NCBI GenBank assembly: GCA_029210695.1
Contig: JARGFH010000002.1
Location: forward strand, 62,001-123,444
Length of the DNA: 61,444 nt
Direction of reading: 5' to 3'
DNA from: Acidimicrobiia bacterium
GTDB lineage: Bacteria; Actinomycetota; Acidimicrobiia; Spongiisociales; JAHEDJ01
A program made the translations under genes and the position numbers. The notes below the pieces were generated by a model. It made no database searches. It had not been told where the DNA came from and worked only from the letters and a program-made list of their open reading frames with translations. Below are positions 8,923 to 19,201 of the stretch, one piece after another; the stretch's first letter is position 1, and every line of letters starts with the position of its first letter.

Positions 8923-10269
8923 TCACCTCTTCCCTTTTCGTCCCGGCATCAGCCCTCCAAGACCCGGCATTCCCGGAATGCCTCGGCCGCCGGCCATCAT
9001 CTTCATCATCTTCTGTGTTTCGGCGAACTGCTTCAGCAAACCGTTCACTTCCTGAGGGGTGGTGCCCGATCCTGCCGCGATTCGTCGTTTGCGGCTCCCG
9101 TCGATGTTTTTCGGGTTCTGCCGCTCTTTGGGTGTCATCGAACGGATGATTGCTTCGACTCGACCCAGGTCCTTGTCGGAAACCTGGACATCCCTAAGCG
9201 CCGACGAGGCGCCCGGGATCATAGCAAGCAACCCGTCGAGAGGCCCCATCTTCTTCAGTTGTTGGAATTGGCTGAGGAAATCCTCGAGGGTGAACGAAGC
9301 AGTCCGCAGCTTGTCGGCCATGGCCTGAGCTTCCTGCTCATCCCAGGCGGTTTCTGCCTTTTCGATGAGCGTGAGCACATCACCCATCCCGAGAATCCGG
9401 GATGCCATCCGGTCCGGGTAGAACGGCTCGAACTCATGGAGGCTCTCACCGAGCCCGGCAAACTTGATGGGACGATCCGTGACCTCGCGTACCGAGATGG
9501 CTGCTCCGCCCCGTGCGTCGCCATCGAGCTTGGAGAGGACGATGCCGGTCACGTCGGTGTACTCGAGAAACCCCTTGGCAACGTTGACGGCGTCCTGGCC
9601 GGTCATGGCGTCAACGACCAGCAACACCTCGCTTGGGTTGGAAGCCTTGCGCACACCGGCAAGCTCGTTCATCAAATCCTTGTCGATCTGGAGACGACCG
9701 GCTGTATCGATGATCACCACGTCATTCCCGAGCCGTTTTGCCTCTTTCAAGGCTGCTTTGACCAGCCGTTCGGGCTTGGAGGCACGCTCGGCGTACACGG
9801 GAACGTCGATCTGGCGGCCGAGCGTTTCGAGTTGGTCGATGGCGGCGGGCCTTTGGAGGTCGGCAGCTACGAGCATCGGGCGTTTGCCCTGCTTGCGGAG
9901 GTGCAGAGCGAGCTTCCCGGCAGAGGTCGTCTTCCCGGATCCCTGCAGGCCCACCATGAGAATCGTCAGCGGCGGAGTCGATGATGAGTTGAGGCGGGCA
10001 ACGTCGGATCCGAGCGTTGTGATGAGCTCTTCATGGACGATCTTGATGACCTGTTGCCCCGGGGTCAGACTCTTTGAGATCTCAACGCCGAGGGCCCGCT
10101 CTTTGATCCTTGCTTGCAGACTCTTGGCCACGGAAACGTTGACGTCGGCCTCTAGGAGGGCCAGCCGCACCTCACGCAGCGCCGAGTCGACATCGGCCTC
10201 ATTGAGGCGACCCTTGCTGCGCAGTTTCGTGAAGATGCCGCTGAACCGGTCGGACAGAGATTCGAACAT
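8923..10269 (-). CDS. ffh: Signal recognition particle protein Ffh
   Basis: MFESLSDR start; GLQGSGKTT, DTAGRL, SKLDGDARGG; M domain. Confidence 0.97.
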   Translation of the reverse strand: MFESLSDRFSGIFTKLRSKGRLNEADVDSALREVRLALLEADVNVSVAKSLQARIKERALGVEISKSLTPGQQVIKIVHEELITTLGSDVARLNSSSTPPLTILMVGLQGSGKTTSAGKLALHLRKQGKRPMLVAADLQRPAAIDQLETLGRQIDVPVYAERASKPERLVKAALKEAKRLGNDVVIIDTAGRLQIDKDLMNELAGVRKASNPSEVLLVVDAMTGQDAVNVAKGFLEYTDVTGIVLSKLDGDARGGAAISVREVTDRPIKFAGLGESLHEFEPFYPDRMASRILGMGDVLTLIEKAETAWDEQEAQAMADKLRTASFTLEDFLSQFQQLKKMGPLDGLLAMIPGASSALRDVQVSDKDLGRVEAIIRSMTPKERQNPKNIDGSRKRRIAAGSGTTPQEVNGLLKQFAETQKMMKMMAGGRGIPGMPGLGGLMPGRKGKR

Positions 10270-10322
10270 GGAGAGAACATTGTAGGGAGTCGCGAGTGGA
10301 CGGCCGCGAGTACCCTGCCCGC

Positions 10323-13061
10323 ATGGACCAGGGATCAAGAGACGCGGCCCTTCGGGCCGACATACGCCGACTCGGAAACGAACTCGGCGACGCGCTGATC
10401 CGACAGCACGGTCCAGCGCTGCTCGAGCTCGTCGAGGAAGTTCGCTCCCTCACCAAAGAGGCGAGAAACCCGGGCTCCACGTCGGGCGGCGGACGGCTCG
10501 CGGCAATGCTGGACGAACTCGATACGACAACGACCATCCGTCTCGTTCGAGCGTTCACCGCCTATTTCCACCTGGCCAATGTCGCGGAACAAACGCATCG
10601 AGTCGACCAGCTCACCGACAGAACCGACCGTGAACGCGAGTGGTTCGAAGCCGCGGTCGACGCGCTCGAGGCATCGCCCGGCACCATCGCCGGCCTGGCC
10701 ACGCTGGTCGATCGCCTCGAACTCCGCCCCGTCTTCACCGCCCATCCCACGGAGGCTGCCCGTCGCTCCATCCTGACGAAGCTGGGAGATCTCGCCGGGC
10801 TTCTCGAAGAACGATTGGACCCGCGCTCGGGCGCCGGAGATCTGCGGCGGATCGACCGCCGAACCAGGGAACTCATCGACCTCCTCTGGCAGACCGACGA
10901 ACTTCGCCGTCAGCGACCGGAGCCCCTCGACGAAGCCCGCTCGGTGATCTTCTACTTCGATCAGCTTTTCGATCAAGTCGTGCCGGATCTACTCGACGAG
11001 ATCTCGGTTCAGCTCTTGCGGCTCGGAGTCGACCTCCCGACTACAGCCCACCCCCTTCGTTTCGGAACCTGGGTTGGCGGCGACCGGGACGGTAATCCCA
11101 ATGTCTCACCGGCCGTCACGACGGCAGTGCTGGAGATGCAGCACGAGCACGCCCTGCGCCATCTGATCGGCGCGGTCGAGGAAGTCGCTGAAGACATCAG
11201 CACGTCGACACGCATCCGCTCCATTTCGTCAGCGATGAACGTCTCACTTCAGAGGGATGCCGGCTTGCTGCCAGACGTTCACCGGCGGTTCGGAGCCATG
11301 AACGCCGAGGAGCCCTACCGCCTGAAGTGCGCCTTCATCCATCAGCGCCTGCACAATACGCGCCGTCGTGTTGAAGAGAACAGCCGCCACGTGGCCGGGC
11401 AGGACTATGCCGACGCCGACGAACTGCTCGGCGATCTCGAGATCATGCGACGGTCACTGCTGGAGAACCAGGGAGAACTGCTCGCCGGCGGAATCGTGAC
11501 CAGGCTCATGAGAAACGTGTCGGCATTTGGATTCCATCTGGCGACGATGGACGTTCGCGAGCATTCAGAGAGACACGAACAAGCGCTCAGTGCATTGTTC
11601 TCGGGGATCGGAGTCGACTACCTGAACCTCGATCGACTCGCTCGTCTTTCCCTTCTCGATGCCGAGCTGGCCGGCACTCGACCCCTGTCGGCACCGGCCA
11701 CCAGATTCGACCCGGAGGCGGCTGCGACGCTCGAAACCTTCGCCACCATCCGCCGGTCTCTGGATCGGTTCGGAGAAGGCGTCATCGAGAGCTACATCAT
11801 CTCGATGACGCGCGACGCGTCGGACGTGCTGGCTGCTGCCGTCCTCGGACGTGAAGCAGGACTCGTTGACGTACCAAGTCAGGTTGCTCGAGTCGGGTTT
11901 GTTCCTCTCCTGGAGACGACTGATGAGCTACGACAGGCGGGACAGATACTCGACGATCTTCTCATCAGCCCCTCCTATCGGGAGTTGGTACGACTGCGGG
12001 GCGATCTCCAGGAGGTCATGCTCGGGTATTCCGACTCGAACAAACACGGTGGGATCACGACGTCGCAGTGGGAGATCTACAAGGCGCAACGGAACCTGCG
12101 TGACGTAGCCCATCGACACGGTGTCGTGCTCCGGCTCTTCCATGGTCGGGGCGGCACGATCGGCCGGGGTGGAGGTCCCACGCACGAAGCGATCATGGCC
12201 CAGCCGTTCGGGACCCTCGACGGGGCGGTCAAGATCACCGAACAGGGAGAGGTCATCTCGGACAAGTACGGCCTACCCGTTCTCGCCCGGCGCAATCTCG
12301 AGCTCACCCTCGCTGCGGTACTCGAGGCCTCCGTCCTGCATAGGGAGCCCCGCCAATCCGAAGCGGTCCTCGCCGGTTGGGATCAGACGATGGACCAGGT
12401 CTCCGAGTATGCCTTCACCGCCTACCGGTCACTAGTCGATGATCCCGGCCTCGTCGAGTACTTCCTCAGCTCCACACCGGTCGAGGAACTCGGCGCCATG
12501 AACATCGGCAGCCGGCCGTCGCGGCGGCCCGGAGGCCTTGGAGGTCTCACCGATCTGCGGGCGATCCCGTGGGTGTTCGGATGGACTCAGACTCGCCAAA
12601 TCGTGCCCGGCTGGTTCGGGGTTGGTTCGGGGCTGGCGGCCGCCAGGGAGAACGGTCTCGGTGAGATCGTCGATGAGATGTACCGGGGCTGGTCGTTCTT
12701 CCGGACCTTCATCTCCAACGTGGAGATGACTCTGACAAAGACCGACCTGGGCATCGCTCAGCGGTATGTGGAACTACTGGTAGACACACGACTCCATCCG
12801 CTGTTCGACCGGATCCGTTCCGAGTATGAACGCACTGTGGCCGAGGTATTGAGGATCACCGGTGAGGAGCACATCCTCGACGGATCCCCATTGCTCCAGC
12901 GCACCCTGGAAGTCCGGGACCGCTATCTCGATCCGCTGCACTACCTCCAGATGTCCCTGCTGGCCCGGTCGCGTCGGACCGAAGAGCCCGATCCTGCATT
13001 GCAGCGGGCGCTGCTGCTCTCCGTCAACGGAATCGCGACGGGACTGCGCAACACGGGCTAG
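10323..13061 (+). CDS. ppc: Phosphoenolpyruvate carboxylase
   Basis: VFTAHPTE, WVGGDRDGNP, QEVMLGYSDSNKHGG, FHGRGGTIGRGGGP, LRAIPWVFGW, C-terminal LRNTG. Confidence 0.97.
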   Translation: MDQGSRDAALRADIRRLGNELGDALIRQHGPALLELVEEVRSLTKEARNPGSTSGGGRLAAMLDELDTTTTIRLVRAFTAYFHLANVAEQTHRVDQLTDRTDREREWFEAAVDALEASPGTIAGLATLVDRLELRPVFTAHPTEAARRSILTKLGDLAGLLEERLDPRSGAGDLRRIDRRTRELIDLLWQTDELRRQRPEPLDEARSVIFYFDQLFDQVVPDLLDEISVQLLRLGVDLPTTAHPLRFGTWVGGDRDGNPNVSPAVTTAVLEMQHEHALRHLIGAVEEVAEDISTSTRIRSISSAMNVSLQRDAGLLPDVHRRFGAMNAEEPYRLKCAFIHQRLHNTRRRVEENSRHVAGQDYADADELLGDLEIMRRSLLENQGELLAGGIVTRLMRNVSAFGFHLATMDVREHSERHEQALSALFSGIGVDYLNLDRLARLSLLDAELAGTRPLSAPATRFDPEAAATLETFATIRRSLDRFGEGVIESYIISMTRDASDVLAAAVLGREAGLVDVPSQVARVGFVPLLETTDELRQAGQILDDLLISPSYRELVRLRGDLQEVMLGYSDSNKHGGITTSQWEIYKAQRNLRDVAHRHGVVLRLFHGRGGTIGRGGGPTHEAIMAQPFGTLDGAVKITEQGEVISDKYGLPVLARRNLELTLAAVLEASVLHREPRQSEAVLAGWDQTMDQVSEYAFTAYRSLVDDPGLVEYFLSSTPVEELGAMNIGSRPSRRPGGLGGLTDLRAIPWVFGWTQTRQIVPGWFGVGSGLAAARENGLGEIVDEMYRGWSFFRTFISNVEMTLTKTDLGIAQRYVELLVDTRLHPLFDRIRSEYERTVAEVLRITGEEHILDGSPLLQRTLEVRDRYLDPLHYLQMSLLARSRRTEEPDPALQRALLLSVNGIATGLRNTG

Positions 13062-13099
13062 CAAACCGAGGAGGCGTCAACCACGCAGATGGGCTGGTC

Positions 13100-13393
13100 C
13101 TATTGCCCGGAATCGTGCGGGCTGCGCCCGGATGTGCCTCTACCCGACCCTCCTGGATTCAGGGGCGTGAAGCCGAGCACCCACCATGCAAGGGCACCGA
13201 CCGCAATGGCAATGCCCAACGACGCCAGGGGGTGGAGTTCTGGTATCGGATTGCCGAGAAACGATGTGCATCGTTCCCAGATTCCCACTCCGTCAACGGC
13301 ATTGCAGCCATACGTCATGGCGGCCAGGAGAGTGACGAGTCCGATGACTGCCGACACAGCGAATCGGATACCTCTGAAGTTGTCCAAGCTCAC
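13100..13393 (-). CDS. Small membrane protein
   Basis: Two hydrophobic helices flanking a C...C loop; GGAGG RBS. Confidence 0.55.
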   Translation of the reverse strand: MSLDNFRGIRFAVSAVIGLVTLLAAMTYGCNAVDGVGIWERCTSFLGNPIPELHPLASLGIAIAVGALAWWVLGFTPLNPGGSGRGTSGRSPHDSGQ

Positions 13394-13486
13394 TTCCTCC
13401 GCGTCAAGACACTGAGCCTATATCGTCGGCAAGTTGAACCGGCCCCCTGAGAACCGCCACTCTTGGCTTCCACGGTCTCTCGTTTC

Positions 13487-13508
13487 TGTCCTGGCAGTTT
13501 GGTAAGAT
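13487..13508 (+). promoter_or_regulatory. PafBC/RecA-NDp-type promoter
   Basis: TGTCCT-N10-TAAGAT, 7 nt before the ATG at 13516; resembles the mycobacterial TGTCGG-N10-TA-N3-T motif. Confidence 0.65.
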
Positions 13509-13523
13509 CGAACATATGTTCGA
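13508..13523. promoter_or_regulatory. LexA (SOS) box
   Basis: Perfect palindrome TCGAAC-ATAT-GTTCGA, the actinobacterial consensus, overlapping the start codon. Confidence 0.85.
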
Positions 13524-14787
13524 AAGATTGGAACAGAGAGCCGAAGTTGAAGTAGTTCCACATGGCCTAGACCAGATAGAACCAGGCCCGGTTCTGGCAG
13601 CCTTCCTGTCCTCGATCGACGTGTCTCAGCTGTCGGGCTTTGATCGGATAGTGGTGTTGCGAGCCCGTCAGAGGCTGGTGTCGCATTATCAGGCTCAGTT
13701 GTATGGAGATATGGCAGCCGTATCAGACGCTATCGAGGATCTCGACGGTCCTGATGATCCTGAAGCGATATGGGATGGTGCAGCAGCCGAGATTCGCGCC
13801 GCACTACGTTTGACCCGCCGAACAGCCGACACCGAACTGGGTGTGGCTTTGGATCTGCGGGAACGGCTCCCACACCTGTATGAAGCGTTTGAAGCAGGCA
13901 TTGTGGATGTGCGACGGGCACGCACCATCCTGCGTGGCACCGCCCACCTCGACACCCACACAGCCCGTCGGGTCGTAACACAGATCTTGGAGCGTGCCCC
14001 ACAGTTGACCACCGGCCAACTCAAAGCCGCCCTCGCCCGACTTTGTATCGAGGTTGATCCTGCCGATGCCAAGACCCGGTTCGAGCATGCAATAGACGAA
14101 CGACGAATCGTGGCCGAATTGTCGGAAGACGGCGCAGCCCACCTATCGGGCTTCGATCTGCCTCCGGATCGGGTGGCAGCCATCACCACTCACATCAACG
14201 AACTGGCTACGAGCCTCAGACGGAACGGCGAATCGCGCAGCATGGATCAACTGAGGGCCGACGTCTACCTCGACCTCCTCGAAGGTCACCACCGACGTCG
14301 CAACAACACCCGTGGAATAGAGCTACGTGTCGACCTTGAAACACTGGCCCGCCTGTCGGAAGCACCGGGTGAACTGGCCGGATACGGCCCTGTGATCGCG
14401 GATATCTCCCGCCAAATCACCGAACAACAAACCGCGGGCACTCAATGGCGATTCGTGGTGACCGACCCCCACACCGGGATGCCCGTCACACATGGCATCA
14501 CCCGACGGCGACCAACAGCCACCCAACAACGGCACGTCATTGCAAATCATCAAACTTGTGTGTTTCCAGGATGTCGCATGCCCGCCACAAACTGCGACCT
14601 GGACCACCGCATTCCATGGGCTCACAGCCACACCACCCGCACCACCGACCTTGCCCCTGGATGCCGGCAGGACCACATACGTATCCGTCACCGCCACGGC
14701 TGGACCTACCAGCCGCTCCCCGGCGGAGATTGGCTCTGGACCAGCAGGCTCGGACACCGATACACCACCAGCGGCAGATCACCGTGA
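13516..14787 (+). CDS. DUF222/HNH endonuclease protein (13E12-repeat-like)
   Basis: AEIRAALRLT, RSMDQLRAD, PGELAGYGPV; C-terminal CVFPGC....CDLDH.IPW...LAPGCRQDH HNH. Confidence 0.88.
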   Translation: MFERLEQRAEVEVVPHGLDQIEPGPVLAAFLSSIDVSQLSGFDRIVVLRARQRLVSHYQAQLYGDMAAVSDAIEDLDGPDDPEAIWDGAAAEIRAALRLTRRTADTELGVALDLRERLPHLYEAFEAGIVDVRRARTILRGTAHLDTHTARRVVTQILERAPQLTTGQLKAALARLCIEVDPADAKTRFEHAIDERRIVAELSEDGAAHLSGFDLPPDRVAAITTHINELATSLRRNGESRSMDQLRADVYLDLLEGHHRRRNNTRGIELRVDLETLARLSEAPGELAGYGPVIADISRQITEQQTAGTQWRFVVTDPHTGMPVTHGITRRRPTATQQRHVIANHQTCVFPGCRMPATNCDLDHRIPWAHSHTTRTTDLAPGCRQDHIRIRHRHGWTYQPLPGGDWLWTSRLGHRYTTSGRSP

Positions 14788-14844
14788 AGGCTGGCCGTTG
14801 GACGGGGTATCGACTGTTCCCACCAGCCAACCTGCTAGCCAGGG

Positions 14845-14869
14845 GCCAATTGCCAATTGCCAATTGCCA
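14845..14869. repeat. Heptamer microsatellite (GCCAATT)3
   Basis: gccaattgccaattgccaattgcca, intergenic. Confidence 0.8.
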
Positions 14870-14991
14870 GATACCGACCGCTGCCCATGCAACACTGCGT
14901 CCGGGACCTAGGCGACCACCGTCTCGCTGCCAATCAGAATCCCTTGGTCTTGCGCGGTAGATTGCAGGCACCACATCCACAGGAGCCGAGC

Positions 14992-15612
14992 ATGAGCCTC
15001 ACGGTCGTCGATCATCCACTCACCCGCCACTACCTCTCGACCCTTCGTGATGAGACCACGCCACCCGAGAAGTTCCGGGAGACCACCCGGCGGCTCGCCT
15101 ACACGCTGCTGATGGAGGCAACGTCGGATCTCGATTTGGCGGAAGTGCCGATCAGTACACCGCTCGAGCGCACGACGGGCTTCAAGATCGGAAGGAATCT
15201 GGTCGCCGTGGCAGTTCTGCGCGCCGGACTCGGCTTGCTCGATGCCGTCATCGATCTACTGCCGGATGTCACGGTCGGATATGCCGGCGTCCAGCGTGAC
15301 GAAGAGACCGCACTGCCCCAGGAGTACTACACCAAGTTCCCAAATCTGAACGACGCCCGCGTCATCATCCTCGAGCCGATGCTGGCAACCGGAGGTTCGC
15401 TGTCTTGGGCGGTCGAGAAGGTGAAGGCGAACGGGGCCCACGAGATTCTCGCACTTTGTGTCGTCGCCGCCCCACAGGGCGTCGCGCGGATGGAAAAGGA
15501 CCATCCCGATGTTCGGGTGGTCACCGCCGGTCTGGACCGGGACCTCAACGACAAGTACTACATCCAACCGGGTCTCGGCGATATGGGCGACCGCCTGTTC
15601 GGAACGCTCTAG
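14992..15612 (+). CDS. upp: Uracil phosphoribosyltransferase
   Basis: VVDHPL, VLRAGLG, RDEETA, PMLATGGS, YIQPGLGDMGDRLFGT; AGGAG RBS. Confidence 0.96.
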   Translation: MSLTVVDHPLTRHYLSTLRDETTPPEKFRETTRRLAYTLLMEATSDLDLAEVPISTPLERTTGFKIGRNLVAVAVLRAGLGLLDAVIDLLPDVTVGYAGVQRDEETALPQEYYTKFPNLNDARVIILEPMLATGGSLSWAVEKVKANGAHEILALCVVAAPQGVARMEKDHPDVRVVTAGLDRDLNDKYYIQPGLGDMGDRLFGTL

Positions 15613-15648
15613 CCGACTTGATCGAACGTCGGTGAGCTTGAAACACAC

Positions 15649-15759
15649 CTAGTGGTCCGTCGCGGATTTGGTGACTTGGTCTCCTGCCGGACGATCCCCG
15701 CTGTGGCAGGGTTCGTGGCACTGCCTACCCCGGTCATCAAATAGCAGACAGACCACTAG
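15649..15759 (+). mobile_element. MITE copy 1 (IS630-like ends), CTAG-flanked
   Basis: 103 bp between two CTAG; 23-bp imperfect TIR (17/23); identical to the copies at 27677 and 35475. Confidence 0.88.
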
Positions 15760-16262
15760 CGGCGATAAGCGGAGAAGTCGACCACCACAAGTTCTGGCTC
15801 GTCGATCAGATGCTCAGGGATCTTGGTCCAGGACTTCACGGGCTCAACCCACACCGAAATTTCTGTATCCTCCAGCCGAATGCTTCTACCGCACCAGTCG
15901 ACTGGATTATCCGACCTGCTCGTCGGTCGGATCTGGATCTCACGTTCCCCGTAAAACCCATCCAGCAGTGAACAGACTTCATCGACTGCGCCCACTGCGA
16001 CATATTTCCGAACGGCTTCTGGTTCCCGTTTTTCGAGTAGCCAGGAGCCATCAATGTTCCATTGGTCGACCAGAACCAGATCTTCTGTCGGGATCGGAGT
16101 CCGTTCGAGGACCTCGGCCAAAACCGTCGAGTCCATTCGCCGATCCATCTGGTACGTGTAGTTCCACGTCAGAAGCGCTAGCAATGCCGCCGTGCCGGTG
16201 ACCCAGAGAATGACCTTCTTGATCATGGTGCCATGATCGGCGAACCGCGGCTGCTCTGCCAT
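15756..16262 (-). CDS. Hypothetical protein with N-terminal TM anchor
   Basis: KKVILWVTGTAALLALLTW anchor; GGAGG RBS; its TAG stop lies in the MITE CTAG. Confidence 0.6.
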   Translation of the reverse strand: MAEQPRFADHGTMIKKVILWVTGTAALLALLTWNYTYQMDRRMDSTVLAEVLERTPIPTEDLVLVDQWNIDGSWLLEKREPEAVRKYVAVGAVDEVCSLLDGFYGEREIQIRPTSRSDNPVDWCGRSIRLEDTEISVWVEPVKSWTKIPEHLIDEPELVVVDFSAYRR

Positions 16263-16357
16263 CGGGGACCTCCCTGATTGAAGAGAGCCAAATCCCAGGG
16301 TTCACTCGGACATCGGCACGGACCGTACTCGACCGCGAACGGGCGGGTTAGTTTGAG

Positions 16358-16627
16358 GTGATGAACTTCGAAGATCAGGTCCGCAAGATCGTCATGTCCC
16401 TCAAACCCGGCGAAGTCGTGACCTACGGCGAAGTAGCCGCCCAGGCGGGACGGCCGGGCGCAGCACGTGCCGTCGGCAACTACCTCCGCAAGAGCACCGG
16501 GCTCCCCTGGTGGCGGGTGGTTGCTTCGTCGGGGCGCCTGGTTCCCGGTCTCGAGGATCGTCACGCGGACCTCCTCGAGAGCGAAGGCGTCGAACTCCGC
16601 AACGGAAAGGTCGCCAGAACCCGGTGA
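16358..16627 (+). CDS. Alkyltransferase-like protein (MGMT family, Atl/YbaZ type)
   Basis: GEVVTYGEVA..AGRPGAARAVG; PWWRVV, with Trp in place of the catalytic Cys. Confidence 0.88.
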   Translation: MMNFEDQVRKIVMSLKPGEVVTYGEVAAQAGRPGAARAVGNYLRKSTGLPWWRVVASSGRLVPGLEDRHADLLESEGVELRNGKVARTR

Positions 16628-16703
16628 GTTCATGGGTCGTTCGGCCATCGAACCACCGACATTCGCCCGTCGATTAGGTTGAGCAACCTCGGCCATACTG
16701 ATA

Positions 16704-17891
16704 GTGATTGGAAGGAGCGCCGTGTTGGATCGAGCGATTGTCATCGTGATGGACTCATGTGGTGCCGGCGAGGCACCCGATGCTGTCGAGTACGGCGACG
16801 AGGGTTCCGACACACTCGGCCACACTGCGATGGCGGTCGGGGGCCTCGACCTCCCCAATTTCCAGGCGGCCGGCCTCGGGAACTTGCACGGTTCATTGCA
16901 GGGCGTTCCGGCGGTCGAACACCCGACGATGGCTTTCGGGCGACTCGCCGAAGCGAGCGCCGGGAAGGACTCCACCACCGGCCATTGGGAAATCGCCGGC
17001 GTCATCACAGAAGAGGCAGACGCGACGTTCACGGAGACTGGATTCCCGGAAGACCTGGTAGCGGCCGTCGAGCAGGAGTCCGGGCACCGTTTCTTTGGTA
17101 ACTTTGCGGCATCCGGCACCGTCATCATCGAGGATCTCGGGCCGCGCCACCTCGAGACCGGCGAGTTGATCCTCTACACCTCGGCCGACTCCGTGTTTCA
17201 GATCGCCGCCCACAAAGACGTGGTTCCTCTCGAGGAGCTCTACCGGGTCTGCCGGATTGCCAGGAAACACTGCAACGAGTACCGCATCGGCCGCGTCATC
17301 GCCCGCCCGTTCGAAGGAGAGCCGGGGGCGTTCCAACGCACCTATGAACGCCAGGACTTCGCCCTCCCACCGCACGCACCGACGATGCTCGACATTGCCC
17401 AGCAGAACGGCGTTCCCACCTTCGGGATCGGAAAGATCGAAGATCTCTTCACCGGTCGAGGCGTCGATCGGGCCGTGCACACCGAGGGCGACCTCGACGG
17501 CCTGAACCACACCCTGCGCGCGCTCGAAGAGATGGACGGGGGTCTGATCATGGTCAATCTCGTCGACCTCGACATGGTCTACGGTCACCGTGAAAACCCG
17601 GTCGGCTACGCCCAGGGCCTCACCCTGATCGATAGTCATCTCCCCCGGCTCACCGCCGCCCTCGGGCCGAACGATCTCCTGTTCTTCACCGCCGACCACG
17701 GCAACGACCCGACAGATGGCAGCACCGACCACACCCGGGAGTACGTGCCGCTGCTCGTATCCGGCCGCCGGGCCGCCGGAGTCGACCTCGGTGCCAGGTC
17801 GACCTATGCCGACATCGCCGCCACCGTCTGCGAAGGTTTCGGACTGCCCTCCCCGCCCGCCGGCAGCTCATTCCTCGAGAACATCTCGTGA
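16704..17891 (+). CDS. deoB: Phosphopentomutase
   Basis: IVMDSCGAG, GKDSTTGHWE, YTSADSVFQIAAH, RVIARPF, TADHGNDP, DHTREYVP. Confidence 0.96.
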   Translation: MIGRSAVLDRAIVIVMDSCGAGEAPDAVEYGDEGSDTLGHTAMAVGGLDLPNFQAAGLGNLHGSLQGVPAVEHPTMAFGRLAEASAGKDSTTGHWEIAGVITEEADATFTETGFPEDLVAAVEQESGHRFFGNFAASGTVIIEDLGPRHLETGELILYTSADSVFQIAAHKDVVPLEELYRVCRIARKHCNEYRIGRVIARPFEGEPGAFQRTYERQDFALPPHAPTMLDIAQQNGVPTFGIGKIEDLFTGRGVDRAVHTEGDLDGLNHTLRALEEMDGGLIMVNLVDLDMVYGHRENPVGYAQGLTLIDSHLPRLTAALGPNDLLFFTADHGNDPTDGSTDHTREYVPLLVSGRRAAGVDLGARSTYADIAATVCEGFGLPSPPAGSSFLENIS

Positions 17892-19201
17892 CCGCCGTCG
17901 AGCTGATCGAACGGAAACGGGACGGGGGAACGCTCACCGGCAACGAAATCAGATGGCTCATCGAGGCCTACACGCAGGGCACCGTCACCGACTACCAGAT
18001 GTCGGCGATGCTGATGGCCGTGTTCATCAGGGGCCTCAACCCCGAGGAGCTCACGGTCTGGACCGAGGCAATGCTGACCTCCGGAGACGTCCTCGAACTC
18101 TCCGGCATACCGGGACGCAAGATCGACAAACACTCCACCGGTGGAGTGGGCGACAAGATCTCGATCCCGCTCGCCCCGATGGTCGGCGCCTGCGGTGTGA
18201 AGATCCCCATGATGAGCGGCCGGGGCCTCGGTCACACCGGCGGTACGCTCGACAAGCTGGAAACCATCCCGGGTTTCACGACCAGCTTCAGTGCCGACGA
18301 ATTCGAGAAGTTGCTGGCCGAGCACGGTGTGGTGCTCGGCGGCCAGTCGGAGCATCTCGTCCCGGCCGACCGCAAGCTGTATGCGCTCAGGGATGCGACC
18401 GGGACCGTTCCCGCCTTGCCCCTGATCGCCTCCTCGATCATGTCGAAGAAGCTGGCGGAAGATCTCGACGGCCTGGTACTCGACGTGAAATTCGGGAGCG
18501 GCGCCTTCATGACCGACATAGGCGACGCCCGCCGGCTGGCCGAAACGATGGTCGAGATCGGCAGCCTCCGTGGAACCAGTGTGGTGGCGCTGTTGACGGA
18601 CATGAGCCAGCCACTCGGTCGGGAAGTGGGCAACGCTTCCGAGATCCGGGAATCCGTTGAGACACTCCGGGGCGAGGGTCCGGCCGACATCACCGAACTC
18701 ACCTATGCCCTCGGCGCCGAAATGCTGATGATGGGTGAGGCGGCCTCCTCCGCCGAGGAAGCCCGGGCGATGCTCGTCGAATCCGTTTCCTCCGGCCGGG
18801 CACTCGACAAGTTCGCCGAGATCATCACCGCTCAGGGTGGAAACGCATCAGTACTCGATGACCTCGACATGCTGCCGATTGCCGACAACGAGGACCTGAT
18901 CACCGCCGGTGCCGCAGGCTGGGTTCAGCGGTGTGACGCACTCTCAATCGGCGTTGGAGCGATGCGGTTGGGCGCCGGGCGTGAGCGGAAAGAGGACGAC
19001 ATCGACCCCGGTGTCGGAGTCACCATCGAAGCGAGAATCGGCGATCGAGTCGAGCAGGGTGATCTGCTAGGACGGGTTCGCTGGAACGACCCCTACGCGC
19101 GCGGTATCGCCGTCCCGCTCATTACTTCCGCCTGGGAACTCTCAGACAATCCGGTCGATTCACCCCAACTCATCGTCGAGCGGATCAGCAGGAACACGTG
19201 A
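17888..19201 (+). CDS. pdp: Pyrimidine-nucleoside/thymidine phosphorylase
   Basis: DKHSTGGVGDK, SGRGLGHTGGTLDKLE, SSIMSKKLA. Confidence 0.94.
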   Translation: MTAVELIERKRDGGTLTGNEIRWLIEAYTQGTVTDYQMSAMLMAVFIRGLNPEELTVWTEAMLTSGDVLELSGIPGRKIDKHSTGGVGDKISIPLAPMVGACGVKIPMMSGRGLGHTGGTLDKLETIPGFTTSFSADEFEKLLAEHGVVLGGQSEHLVPADRKLYALRDATGTVPALPLIASSIMSKKLAEDLDGLVLDVKFGSGAFMTDIGDARRLAETMVEIGSLRGTSVVALLTDMSQPLGREVGNASEIRESVETLRGEGPADITELTYALGAEMLMMGEAASSAEEARAMLVESVSSGRALDKFAEIITAQGGNASVLDDLDMLPIADNEDLITAGAAGWVQRCDALSIGVGAMRLGAGRERKEDDIDPGVGVTIEARIGDRVEQGDLLGRVRWNDPYARGIAVPLITSAWELSDNPVDSPQLIVERISRNT

